A stretch of DNA of 64,000 nt from Lama guanicoe (GCA_013239625.1 MU053304.1:2728001-2792000); one strand, 5' to 3'. Shown: positions 26,716 to 39,309, counted from the stretch's first letter. Made by a program: numbers and translations. The notes: generated from the sequence alone by a model not told the origin.

Positions 26716-26782
26716 CATGGTAAATAGAATAACCAAAAGAGACACAAATAACAGTACAAAACAACAATCATCAGATTATAGG

Positions 26783-27252
26783 TGTGGCAATTTGGAACTA
26801 TGCCACTAAGAGTTCCTTTCAAGAAAAAATTCTTGCAAGATAGGCACTTAGCTAACAGCCTGTAGTTCAGTACCTTTTGTAGCTACCATGGCTTTGAAAC
26901 AAATTCCAGCTTCTTTCTGGGCAATCTCCAGCCAATGACTGAGCATAACAAGGCTACTAGAACTTCTAGAAGCCATTTCTGCCCAACACAAGACTCTCCT
27001 AATAGGCAATCTTTGCTCTCATTTCCCTTTTCTGCCTGCTGAGACTGTCAGACATACATCAAAACTGAGAGTTTCCTTGCCTACTTCTACTTCCTCCCCT
27101 TTTTCTTTTCACAGATGTCAGATCTACAGCACAATCTGAAGACTTTTCCTTACCCATCTTGAGTCTTCACTCCATTATCTTTCACAGACACATCCCTGTA
27201 CATCCCTACCCCATCTCAGTGTCTTCTTAGTGAACTGGTATAAGTCAGTATA
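26783..27252 (+). mobile_element. ERVL LTR (LTR16B-like)
   Basis: 'ccagccaatgactgagca', 'ccatttctgcccaacacaagactctcctaataggcaatctttgctc'; near-TSD atagg/ctagg. Confidence 0.75.
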
Positions 27253-28869
27253 CTAGGAGCCCCTGATTGACCACTGGACTTTATGCGGTTTAGAAGGAGA
27301 GGGAAGGAAGAGAAAAATGTAGAATGGAGAAATTTGATAGAACTTCATGAAAGGAGAGGTTGGATGTTTATTCAGAGGCTATGTAGGATTGACAGAGCAG
27401 CAGAGAGACGACAGGGCAATTTTGGGGAGAGGAGCACAAAAAAGGGTGGTGAAATCATAAGGTATCCTTGAAGGACAAGAGGTAGATCCTTCTTCCTTGG
27501 GGAGTTTCATTAATAAAAGTTAGAAATGAACAGTCTTCATAATAAGTGATATGTGAACTCTGATGCCAGAGCCCAAGGCATCTGTCAGACATCTTGACAG
27601 ACATCTTGGTCTAAGAGCATCATTATGAGACAGTCTTAAAGTCTCAATACTTACAATTTACTTTCTTTGTGTTTGTTGCAGGCTATTATTTTCTTTGTTA
27701 ATTCAAGAGAGGAAGCATATCTAAGTTTGTTTTTAGGCAAAAGTGAGGCAGTTAGAATCTAGTGTTCTTTGAGCCCCCTTTCTTACATAATCTTAGAGTT
27801 ATTCTTCACCCTTATAGATTTACATGCTTCACTCTTACAGGGGACAGGTAAAACATTAATTTGTTCATCTCTTTTTACTGAGGTAGGACCATGGTTGATC
27901 TAACTTCTAGGCTCTTCAGCTGTGAAGGGAAAAAAAAAAGTCATTTGGCTAAGAATTCACTCTTTGAATATTCCTTTTAAATTCAGGAATTAGGTTCATA
28001 TGTACTTGATAGATATGGTGAAAATGGACACTTTGGTTTTGAGTCTGGACTTTCTGATCACGGATTATTATCAGATTATATTTTCAAATTAGTATGTTCT
28101 CTACAGAAGGTATGATATACTCAGTCCTCTTTACAATTTTTCATTTTGTATTAGTGTCAAATTTTTATATTCTATCATCGCCTCCAAGCACACCCTTCCC
28201 ATCATGTGTATTTATCTCCCCCCTCCAATAATTTTACTTCTAGTGAAAAAGAGAAGGCACCCAGTGGCTAAAAATAAAAGTCTTGGCGAGTTACAGATTT
28301 CATTTTAACCTTAAGGACAAGCCTGAAAACTATTCTTCAAATGGATAAATTGAGTCCCAAAATAGTAACACACTTGTGCTGACAGATGGAGGTGCAGATA
28401 GAAGAATGTGTATGGCAGTTGTTGCCTGAAGCACTTCCATCTGTCACCAAGTCTCCACTGTGTCTGTAGGTTCAAAACTACTCTATCCACTAATGGGCAA
28501 TTGTACATGCTTTCTCCATTCATTCTGCTATGAAGTGGACTAAATGGCTCACAAGGATCTTTGAAGCAAAAATAATTAAATATATAACTAGCGATTTCTA
28601 TCTCTCTGGAACTAAACATATGCTATGTAAAAATACCACCTCTCGTGGCTTTTCCCAGGTTAAAAAAAAAAATCTAGGGGGAAAAAAAAAGATGAGTAAA
28701 ATAGGTTGGAAGGGGAAGGGGAAAGAAGAGAGAAAGATCTCCCACTCAAGTGTCAAGAACCTATGTCTTCTTCCCTTAATAAAAAAGTCATTTTCTTTTC
28801 ATGTCTCTTCATAGCTACACAATAAAGATCGAATGAATGCTAAAATCTAACTTATTATTCTTATTTGTA

Positions 28870-29090
28870 GGCAACACAGTAAATATGAACACAGAGTCTG
28901 CAACCAGACTATCTTGGCTAAATCCAGGCAGCCTCTAGTACCAGCATTGGGATCTGAACTTTGGGTATCTCAGTTCTCTCACCTGTGAAATGAAGATTGG
29001 TAAACAGAGCTATTTCATTGGTTTGATGGGGACTGAATCAATAAATATATGTAAAGTTCTCAGAGTAGTGACTGGCTCATGATCAGCCCC
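28870..29090 (+). mobile_element. MIR
   Basis: 'tctcagttctctcacctgtgaaatgaagat...aatatatgtaaagttctcagagtagtgactggctcat'. Confidence 0.75.
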
Positions 29091-29422
29091 AACACGCCTG
29101 GACTTGGCCATCTAGCCTGTTGTCATCATGCGAACCTGACTGGGCCCCATAATATTTATTGAGACATGATATGAGTGCAGCAGAGACTTTTGGTCAGCGT
29201 AACCCCAAGTAGGCTCTCCAAGATCATAGCAGAGCATCTCCGGCCAGCCACTACTGATATGACATGATACTATACATTGAAAACCCTGTTAGAAATAAAA
29301 TAAACCTTGTCAATAAAAAATTTTCATAATTTCTTCTAATGCATTTTTGATTTTAGAAATATTTTTAGAAATAATTTTGAGTTATTTATAATGTATATTG
29401 GATTATTTTAAGAAAACATTTT

Positions 29423-29999
29423 ATTTTAATTTTATTTAACATTTTTATTGATTTATAATCATTTTACAATGTTGTGTCAAATTCCAGTGCAGAGCACAAT
29501 TTTTCAGTTATACATGAGCATACATATATTCATTGTCACATTTTTTTCTCTGTGAGCTACCATAAGATCTTGTGTATATTTGCCTGTGCTATACAGTATA
29601 ATCTTGTTTATCTATTCTACAATTTTGAAATCCCGTCTATCTCTTCCCAACCTCCGCCCCCTTGGCAACCACAAGTTTATAATCTACGTCTATGAGTCTG
29701 TTTCTGTTTTATATTTATGCTTTGTTTGTTTGTTTTTGTTTTGTTTTGTTTTTTTAGATTCCACATATGAGTGATTTCATATGGTATTTTTCTTTCTCTT
29801 TCTGGCTTACTTCACGTAGAATGACATTCTTGAGGAGCATCCATGTTGCTGCAAATGGCATTATGTTGTCGGTTTTTATGGCTGAGTAGTATTCCATTGT
29901 ATAAATATATCACATCTTCTTTATCCAGTCATCCATTGATGGACATTTAGGCTGTTTCCATGTCTTGGCTATTGTAAATAGTGCTGCTATGAACATTGG
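29423..29999 (-). mobile_element. Young, 5'-truncated lineage-specific L1 (camelid L1_Vpa-like)
   Basis: Well-preserved 3'UTR; TSD aaacatttt at 29414-22 and 30000-08, followed by aa (TT/AAAA endonuclease site on the L1 strand). Confidence 0.92.
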
Positions 30000-32065
30000 A
30001 AACATTTTAAGAGAAACATGCCCTCTGATTTCTCTCAATGCATATTACATATATTTTTTATATTTGAATTTTGATCACCTTTAGTTAAGTTAAATGCAGT
30101 AAAAATTTCTCTTATTTTTCTTTTTAAATGGCTCACCAATATTGATAACTGATTAAATCCATGTTTCACCAATTATTTAAAATGTGATAATCATTATGTG
30201 TAAAATTTTCATATCACAATCAAAAGTTTCTATTCAGTTCTATTGATTTGTTTCTGTTTCTTCTTTCCAAATATTTTAATTAATGTAGGATTTTAGTACA
30301 CTCAAATGTCTAATCATACCAGGACCCCCTGCTCTTATTATTTCTCATTTTCAGGGCAATCGTGGATATTTCTGCATGATACTTTTTCCAGAAAATGTTT
30401 AGCTTCAATTTTTCTTTCTGAAATTCCACAAAAAAAAAATGCCTACAGACACTTCAACTGAACGGTTTTGAATGTATGGACTAACATAGGGAAAACTACA
30501 ACCTTTACAAAAGTGAATTTTTCATTCTGTGGTCAAATATAGTTTTACAGTGACTTTAAAAATTCAGTAAAAATGCCATCAGACTGGGTCCAAAACTAGA
30601 ATCTACCTGCATCCAATCTTGACTAAGTCTGGGGATGGATTTAGGATTGAGAGTCAGAAAGTCTGTGTTACATGATCCACTCTGTGAAAATTAGGTTGGT
30701 CAAGGACTTCTCTAATAATACTTTTGGCGGTAAAGGGTGGGAAAAAATACTTATAAAAACAGATTGTAACTTTGTATATTGCAGAAATATCTCAAAGATA
30801 AATTGTACCACAGGAAGATATTGCTTCTCTTCATGCATGAAGCAATTACTGACTCCCATCCCGAATGTGCAGGGAGCTCTTTCTTCCACAGTTGATTGGG
30901 ATTTCAGTGAACCAGCCACTCTGTCGCTTGATTCTCATTAAGAACAATGACATGCTTTTCTCAAGAGGCTATTTGGGGCTTGTCTGGGCAGGTAGCTTGA
31001 GGCTTTGGACCTGCTCATAAGTAAAGGGCCACTAAAGGATTAAGCTGTCCCCTCGTGAGCAGTAATTCTATTTTCTGACAAACTCGGCTTCTTCCACACA
31101 GTTTTCTCCTCATTTGTTTTATACAACTTAGAATTTTCTAAATTAGGAATGAATGCTGAAACCTTTTGATATTATATTCATATTCACTCAGAATTTGTTC
31201 AGTAAAGTTCAAAAAATTCAATAGGATACAGTGAGACTTATTTTTTAAATGTCAGTTTTTAGAATTAGAAAAGTAACACATGCCTAGTTTAACAATTCAA
31301 ACAATAAGTGCTTTAATTTAAACAATAAAGAGGCATTGGAATTAGTGTCAACCCTCTGAAGCAGGCACTGCTAGCTATTTGATTTAGATGCAAAATCATA
31401 CACATATACAAAGATGTGGACTTCCCATGGATTTCACTTCAGGAGAGCTAAGAAGGGGTCACAAAATACATCTTTAAAGGGAAGCAACTGTTAGGGTTGA
31501 ACTGACTGCCTGGTCCCTCACCTCAGTGCCCCTTATTTTTGCACAGAGCCAAGGCAATTGTCTGGACCCATCACAATGCAAGGCCAGCACCACAACAGCC
31601 CCTTAAATTTGAAATACTGTATGGCATTTTCCAAATTCTGAGAAAAAGCGTGCATTCTCTGCTTTTAAAGAAATTATACAGTCAACCAACAGGCTTTCTT
31701 TATTCTAGGATCATACCTCCAGATTGAGGAAATCCCTCCCTGTTCCCCTCTGAGGAGCCTGAAAGCCTTGGGGCTTGTTTGACTAGCCCCACCCCCCAAA
31801 TCTTCTTACTCTTTCCACCCACAAGATCCCATGACATTTATTGTCTCTCCCATTCATTTAACACCTGTTGTCAGTCTCTTGAAACTGCTTGCATTCATTC
31901 TTTTCTATTTTATTTAACATTCTGTGGGTCTCTTTAGCTAGAATACAAATTCCCTGAGAAAAGGGACCTTATATTTTCTTATTTATGCTTGTCACAAAAT
32001 TCAACACACCATTATGTTCATAACAAGCACTTGGTAAAAAGCTATATACATGTGAGTTTAGTGTG

Positions 32066-32092
32066 CACGCACACACACACACACACACACAC
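32066..32092. repeat. (CA)n microsatellite
   Basis: Direct reading. Confidence 0.95.
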
Positions 32093-35000
32093 ACCACCTT
32101 GGGTTTCAGTATCATTGTGGCCAATGACAAGCTGTAGAATTTGGGGAGAGTCACTCAGTTCCCTTCAGTTTCCTTCTTGATAATATCAACATGAAATACT
32201 AGCTTTATATAATTGTTATCAAGGTTAAATATTGCCTGTAAATGCTCCATTTTTTGTTATAAAAATGCCAGATACCAATACAGCTGATGAATATTTATTG
32301 AAAAAAAAATACGATTCCAAGTTTATAATCATTAATATAGTAAATGAATAAGATTTGAAAGTGATCTCAGAGATTACCTACCCTAATCTTGTTTTACAGT
32401 TGAGAAAACACCAAAGTGTTTTTTCTGAGACTACACAGCTATTGTACTGCCATAATTATTTAATAAACTGTTATATAAAACCTCACACTCTCAAGTATAT
32501 TTACTGTCAGAATAATTAATCTGCTTCCAGTCAAAGAAATGTTTTGTTTGTAATGAATCTATAGTTGTTGATTACAATCATTTTAGTAATTTCCCTCATT
32601 TAGAAAAAATAAGTACAAATAGAACCCTAAGTGATGACTTTGCTCAATACCCTCACCTTTTGAAGATGGTAGATTGAAGCTTTGTCTTCGAGCTGTTACA
32701 TAAAACATAAAACTAGGAAATGTGAATGCACCTGATGGTGAATTGGAAATTGCATTCAAGTAACAGCTAATGTATGTAGATTTAAACATTCATATTCTGA
32801 AATCAACCATATCTCCCTGATGCTGAGGAAGAAATAAACTTAAAAGGATTAACAATCCCCTAAAGAGTGCCCAGTTCCTTGTTATGTAATAATTATACAA
32901 TTAATTATAGTACTGGATTTTTTTTTAAAGCAAAGAAAACAAATGTCCAGTTTCTTCTGAATTTATGGCCAAGAGCCCTGGGCAAGACATGTAGGTCAAG
33001 TGCGGAGATGCTGGAAAGGAGAGGCGACTGCCCAGCCATCTTGACAATTATCTGCTTTCTCCTGCTCACTCTGTATTTAAATCTGCATGATTAAAGTGCA
33101 GGCCTGCCAATGGAGAAAGCAGGCTGAGATTTCTGACAACTGCATATTTAACTAGCCAGCAGTGATAATGCGTGCCACAGTCTCCGTCAGCACGTTTGCA
33201 CTTGCTGGGAGGAAGGTCAAGAAAACTGTTCTTTAAATATCAGACTCAGAAAATCATTAGGCCATCAGTCCATTTTAATAAAGAGTAAACATGTTTTTCC
33301 CAAGGGGGAAAAAAAAAGGCTCCAGCTTAGAACTTGCCTTTTCAAACTTCTTAATGGGGAATCTCTATTACACCACCTGGGAAATCAGATGGACAATAAT
33401 TACCATTGCAATAATTTTACATAAACAATCTCTGTTTCCATGTCCAGTCTACCTGGACAGGTAGATGGCATTCTTTTCATTAGGGATTTGGACAGTTCCA
33501 ACACAAGACGCACAAATGTAAGTAGATACCTTCAAAGGGTGACCATAGGAGGGGCCTTCCCACCAAAATATTACTTTCTATCCTAAGTTTCTGCTGCATG
33601 GCGGCAAAATATTTTTTTTATTTTTCTTTTCTTTATTTTTTAATAATTCAAAATGAGTGTAAGTAATCCTTGGAGGAAAACAATAAAAATGTTGAGTGAA
33701 ATTGAATTGAAGGTATAAGTGAGTGATAGCAGTTCCATCTCTCTCTCCCTCCCTCCTTCCCTTCTTCCTTATCCTTCACTCTTTTTTTTTTTTTTGGAAA
33801 GATAGTTCAGGAAGGATGGAAATGACTTAGTGCTTCAAGGCTGGCATGCAGGTAATGGCTTTCCATTCAGATGGGAGGAACAGCTACTGAAGAAAATCTG
33901 CTGACAACACCAGAACCAAATTTTGCCTGTTTCACAATTTCTCTCAGATCTAATACTGTTAATAATATTTCTTTCCCAATAGAGCCTTCTACTCTAGATT
34001 GAACTGCGGCTTGAGACGGTCTGGAAAAGGTGGATTAATTTAAAACGGAGAAGGCAGCTATGTTTTGTTTCAGTGCCATTAATTCACCTTTCAAAAATGG
34101 ATGATAGCTACTAATTGCAGCAATCTCACTTCCTAGCCAAAGATGAATCCTAAATTCAACAGCCATATTTAATTGAGAAACACAGACTTCATTTCATTCT
34201 GTACCTGAAAGATTCATTGCATAAACAGGTAATCTTCTCCGTTGCAGTTAAAGCTGTAAATACCCAAATGTTGTAGAATTTCAGGGCTGATATTGGTAAG
34301 CTTTCAAATCAGGAGCTTACTGGGTGATTTCGTATGGAAATAACAGCACACTCTTTTCTTTTTGCATTTTTCACTGTATATGAATTATTCATCAGTATAA
34401 AATACTGAGATTTATTTTTCAGCATGCATCACAAAAAAAGAGGGAGGAGAATGTATCATAAGCCGCAGAATTTACATCTTTACAAATAGCTTGAGCTCTC
34501 AAAGGATTCTTGAGTGAGAAAAACATGACAATTTTAACACGATTTTTTACTGAATATTTCTACAGAAACTCCCGGGCATCTTATCAGTGTAAACAAATTC
34601 ACAGAGGAAATTAGCTCTTTGAACCAAAAGTGAGATCAGACAAGTGTCAGAAACAACAGCACAGCTTTTTATGTTTGTGTGGTTGAAAGAAACAGAAAGA
34701 AATGCACTTTCTGATTCCCACTGATTATCACTAAGCCAAATTCTTCTTTCTCCAGTTATTTCTCAGGGTTTTGGTGCCCATGGAAAAATACTATAAATAT
34801 CTAGGAGGTCACATTAAAAATATCCTCCTCACCTGCCCCACCCTTCGAGATCCTGCCTCAAGAGGTCCATAGGTGTGCCTGGCAATCTGTGTTCTCCAAA
34901 GGCCACAGATAGTTTTGATGCAGTGGATCCCAGCACCAAATTCTCAGCACCTCAAAAGCACAGTAAGAGCCTGAGATTTGAATGCCATAGTCACAGGTGG

Positions 35001-35966
35001 AAAGAGGAGAGGAAAAAAAATACACTTTGATAAGTTTAACAGGGCCTTCCCTGGGGGCTAGTATAGATGGCACATCCTTGGGTTGTAGGCAAAGAACCAG
35101 AATCAACTCCAACCAAAGCAAGGAGGGCCCAGCATCCAAAAGCTCTCTCTGTTGGCTGCAGGGACAGAGGTGGCAATGATGCTGGTTGGGGAATATGTGC
35201 ATCTCTGATGTCAGTCACTGTAAAGTGAAACTCTGCTCTTTCTCCTTCTCAATACTTAGTCGCTCTGGCCAGTGGCACACATTGCCTTATTGGTAGTAAT
35301 GCTTACGATGGTATAAAAATCTGTAAAAATGAAAATCATTGTAAAGTCATTTCTAATACTTGGAGCCTGCAATGTACAAAGGTCAAGGTCACAAGCCTTA
35401 AGAATTCCAGTATTTCATAATTCAAAATGAGCGCCTGCATATTAAACACTTGGAAAGGTTACCGTGTAAGATGGCAGGATCAACTTTCCTGGAAAGATTA
35501 AAAAGCCAGAGACACACTTACTTGAATGCTTGAAGACTCACTATGTAGACCTCTATTCACTGTTCAGGCTGTGACTTGCCTAGAAGGGGACAATGCTTTT
35601 CTAAAGTCTTCCTTCTGTTTAGCTTCCTTGGATCATTTCTACCCAAGATGCCTCCATTCCTAACCTACCAACAATGATTACTCAGTATCTCAAATAAGCA
35701 GATGAACGTTAAGATTAGAATGTCTCTCTCTGGGTTGTTTCTTCTTAGACAGAAACAAACAAAGAATGTGCTATGTGTGGCCCAGAAGATGGGTGACGCA
35801 CTCAATTAGCAGCATTCGTATCTTTGATTTCATACTCAGGGTGCATGTGGACTAGTTTTCCCATCAGGAAAATTCTAGGAAACAGGACATGGTGTTTTAT
35901 TATGAGGGCACTTGACAAACTTGGAAAGTTTCTATTTGGCAGAGTTAAAGAGGACAGTGCAGGTAA

Positions 35967-36617
35967 TGTTAGCAGGTGAGGAAGCCCCCTAAGAGGGGGA
36001 GAAACCCCAGAGAATGGGTTCTTGCCTTCCCGTCATGAAATAATTCACAGTGGAGACAAAGCGGCAGAGTGAAAGCTGCTTTATTGCCCAAAAGAGGAAA
36101 AGAGGAAAAGACACCGGAGCGGAAAGACACTCAAGTGAGGGACCGTAAGCCCAGGTGGCCTGACGTAAGAACTCCCGTTCCTGGGGGTCTTAGCAGGGTC
36201 CTTTCGTCAGTCTTCTCTGGTGCTTCTTGTCCTTTCTCCACTGGCTGCTCTTTTCCTGCTTGGCTCCCAGCTTGTTCTGCTCTGTGGAACAAACACTGCA
36301 AAAACAAGATCAGGTAACTAGGGACCCTCAGACAATGTAGTCAGGCTAAAACTAGGTAACTAGACCCCCAGACAATGTTGTCAAGCTAACACAATGTGGT
36401 CAAGCTAGAGCAGGAGAGACCCTTAAACAAAGCGGTCACATAGATCAGATCTAGTCAGGGCTTTCTATTCCTTCAGGATGGCTTTCTTCATTGCTCAAGC
36501 CGAAGTACCACCCAGGGGCAACTATTAGGTTAAGTGTAAACAGGTTAATTTTGAACCTTTAAAGAAGTCCCTAGGAACAGGTCCCAGTTTGGGTTCCCTG
36601 GCTCCCTGCCGCCTTCA
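35967..36617 (-). mobile_element. Young ERV1-type solo LTR (651 bp)
   Basis: TG...CA ends; 4-bp near-TSD gtaa/gtag; AATAAA on the minus strand near 36081-86; CpGs retained; internal tandem repeats. Confidence 0.85.
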
Positions 36618-36784
36618 GTAGCTGTTTAAGGGATGTGTGCAGCTACCAGCTACGTAGAAGATAAGGAATAATTGAGGCATATTTTGTTTTATGGTGATTG
36701 AATGGGACTTTCTCTCCTCACCCCTTCAGTCTGACTTCCTGCATAAAAGCTGCTGTGTAAAGTGGTGAAATAACACCAATTATG

Positions 36785-37010
36785 TTCATTAATTCATTAA
36801 TTCAATAAATGTGTATTGAGTGCTGGCCATGAGCCAAGCACGTCTCTAAATACTAAGATTATACCAGTGAAGAAAGCGAGAAAATAAGAAATGCCTGCTT
36901 TTGTGAAATTTACATGCTAGTATAAGAAAACAAAAAATAATCATAGTAAGCAAATAATAGACTATGTGAGAATGTGATAAGTACCATGGAAAAAACAGAT
37001 CACAGGTACA
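36785..37010 (-). mobile_element. L2 3' end
   Basis: 'ttcattaattcaataaatgtgtattgagtgct...gccaagcac'. Confidence 0.8.
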
Positions 37011-37601
37011 GAGGATCCATTGAACAATAATTGCCTCCGACCACATCTTCATTCAGGTACTATGTGAGGCTCAACAATGTCCAAGAGAGAATCCTGACCC
37101 TAAGGAGTGAGAACCCGTGCTGTAACTGTCGCAATCCGGAGCTGGCCAAGACGCGGACATGGACTGCTGCTCAGCCTTACGGGCATTGGGACGTATTGAC
37201 ATTGATTCAGTGTGCCTTCCTTTAGTTATGCTGCTAATGAGTTGTATTACACTTCCTCTTGAGTGATGACTTCTATTCCAGGAATAAATTATTTTCCCAA
37301 ATAATATAGCTTTCATTAAAAAATAATAAGCAATGAATGAAAATAATCCAATTTAGCAAAAATTCAAAGTAATAAAAACTTTGTTGCATATAATATATGC
37401 CGTAGAAGAAAGAGGCACTGACAACATACAATGAACTCTCTTGACATCCTTTTCTTCAATTACTAGGAGTGGTGATGGCACTGCTTGATGTCAGATACTG
37501 CATGACTCAGAGAAGGCTTTACACATAACTATTCTAGGAGAATAAAGAAAAAGAGAAGAGGAACTGCACACCATACTAACAGATAGTCAATGGTCCATAT
37601 C

Positions 37602-37815
37602 CAGGGGCAGATCCAGTTTTGTGGGACTTAAAACTTATACAATTGTGGAGGCCCTCTTTATAAAAAGACAGCAAAACTATAAATACAAATTTACGTTAGT
37701 AAGTGAGCTATTATTAAGAAAGAGAAATGAAAATACAACAAAATTGTATATTTTTAAAAAGCTGACATACATCACAAATATCATAAAACACATAGAAGTA
37801 ATATATTGGTATTGA
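37602..37815 (+). mobile_element. hAT DNA transposon fragment (MER96B-like)
   Basis: 'caggggcagatccagttttgtgggacttaaaacttatacaattgtggaggccctcttta'. Confidence 0.7.
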
Positions 37816-38807
37816 TTAGATAAAAGTGTAGTCACTAAGGGTCATCTCTTGGGAAGCACAACTGGACACAGGGGTGTGAAAGTAGACAGCCACAAACATA
37901 GCATCATTTGCAGAATTCCATCCCAAAATGTGTATTGTCTCCCAACTAGTCATTGCCACGGTAACATATGATTGAAGCGCTTACTAAATGTCTAATACTT
38001 TGACCTAGAAGGGAAACATTTTTAAATGACCCTCACCCACTATAAACTTAAGACAAAATCTGAGCCCACTCACATCATATTTAGGCAAATGGATTCTAAA
38101 ATCAGGTTGGGCCCAAATTCCAAATTCCTAATTTATTTGGGTCACAGAATATTGAAATTCTGTGCTATATTTTAAGTTGATCTTCCAATTACTTTGTTTT
38201 AATTTGTACAGTTTTCAAGGAGGATGTGGCTTCTATGATTCTAATTTTAAAATAATTTTCACAGACATACAGATTTATTTTATTGGAGCTAGATAAAGGA
38301 GTATGTAATGAGTTGATTTTCAGGAGGTTTATGGGTCAAATAAACCTCCTCAGTCTGGAAAACATAGTTTACAACTTTGAGTAAACAAATCTAACAAATG
38401 CAGTTTTCTTTAACAAGTATTTTCAATTTTAATGATAGAATAAACAGTTCTTTAAACTACTTAAAATAACTTTTATTGTACAAAAATTTTCTTTCCTCTT
38501 CTTGCAAAGAAAAAAATTAGGTAGAAACTGAAATTTGTAGTTAAACAGAATAAATATAGATTAAAATAATTTCTGTAGTAATTTTACGTAAATATTCACT
38601 GACATTTTCCTTGTCTGTTTAAACAAGCATGGTGGCTGAATATTTGTCTTGTGGAAGCACCTGTATCAAAAATCTCCATTTGCTTTGAATTATACAGAAG
38701 TTTATGACCAAGACTGAATTTTAAAATGCAGAGTTTATCATTTTCTGTTTCCTTACTAGGGTCATGTTTTCTAATCTATTCTGTGAAGCTGTCTTTTAAT
38801 AGGGGCA

Positions 38808-39307
38808 TATACTTTTCAATGCTTCTAAAACAAATTTCCCCAAACTTAGTGGCTTGAAACAATAAAAAGTTATTATCTTAACAGTTCTGGAGATCAAAAG
38901 TCCAAGACGGATTTTGTTGGGTATCAGCAGGGCTGTGTTCCTTCTGGGGATATAAGGAAGAAGCAATTCCTTCGCCTTTCCATCTCCTAGAGGCTGCCTG
39001 CTTTCTTGGCTCTTGGCCTCAGTTCCCAATTTTCAAAGTCAGCAACATCAGACCAGGCTCTTCGCATGCTGACGTCTTTCTGGTTCTCTCACTGCCTCCC
39101 TCTTTTACTTTAAGAATCTTTGACATTATAACAGTGTATCCGAACAATGTTAGATAATCTCCTTATTTTAAAGTCTTATTTTAAAGTTGATTAACAACCT
39201 CAATACCACTCCCCTTTCCCCTTGTCTTGTACTATCACATATTTACAGGCTCCATGATTTCGGATGTGGATGTTTTAGGGGTTAGGAGCATTATTCTACC
39301 TAACACA
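38808..39307 (-). mobile_element. MLT1D-like LTR
   Basis: 'caaacttagtggcttgaaacaa...cagcagggctgtgttccttctgg...cattattctacctaacaca'. Confidence 0.88.
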
Positions 39308-39309
39308 GT

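Larger units (their letters stand above)
23950..26780 (-). pseudogene. Decayed endogenous bornavirus-like nucleoprotein (EBLN-like) element, in three pieces: 26716-26780, 25931-26264, ~23950-24613
   Basis: Colinear motifs versus remembered BoDV-1 N: LFWLFYLPGI~VFLCLLIPGL; CLTVWLIKPYSSKI~CSLLIGVVIGSSSKI; WIGSSPYI~WINGQPWV; PGDVLEQIQLGAH(C)TQM~PGKEFMDQIKLVASYAQM; ECPQA~ECMDA; LQEMLPVEMMLK~IRDFLEVSAKLK; GSLSPY~ADLFPF; NGFPSVTKA~RSFPNLASA. Several frameshifts are required. Confidence 0.65.

Noticed and set aside
30784..30895. Possible exon after 'ttgtatattgcag'
   Set aside because: No recognisable protein and no convincing donor site.
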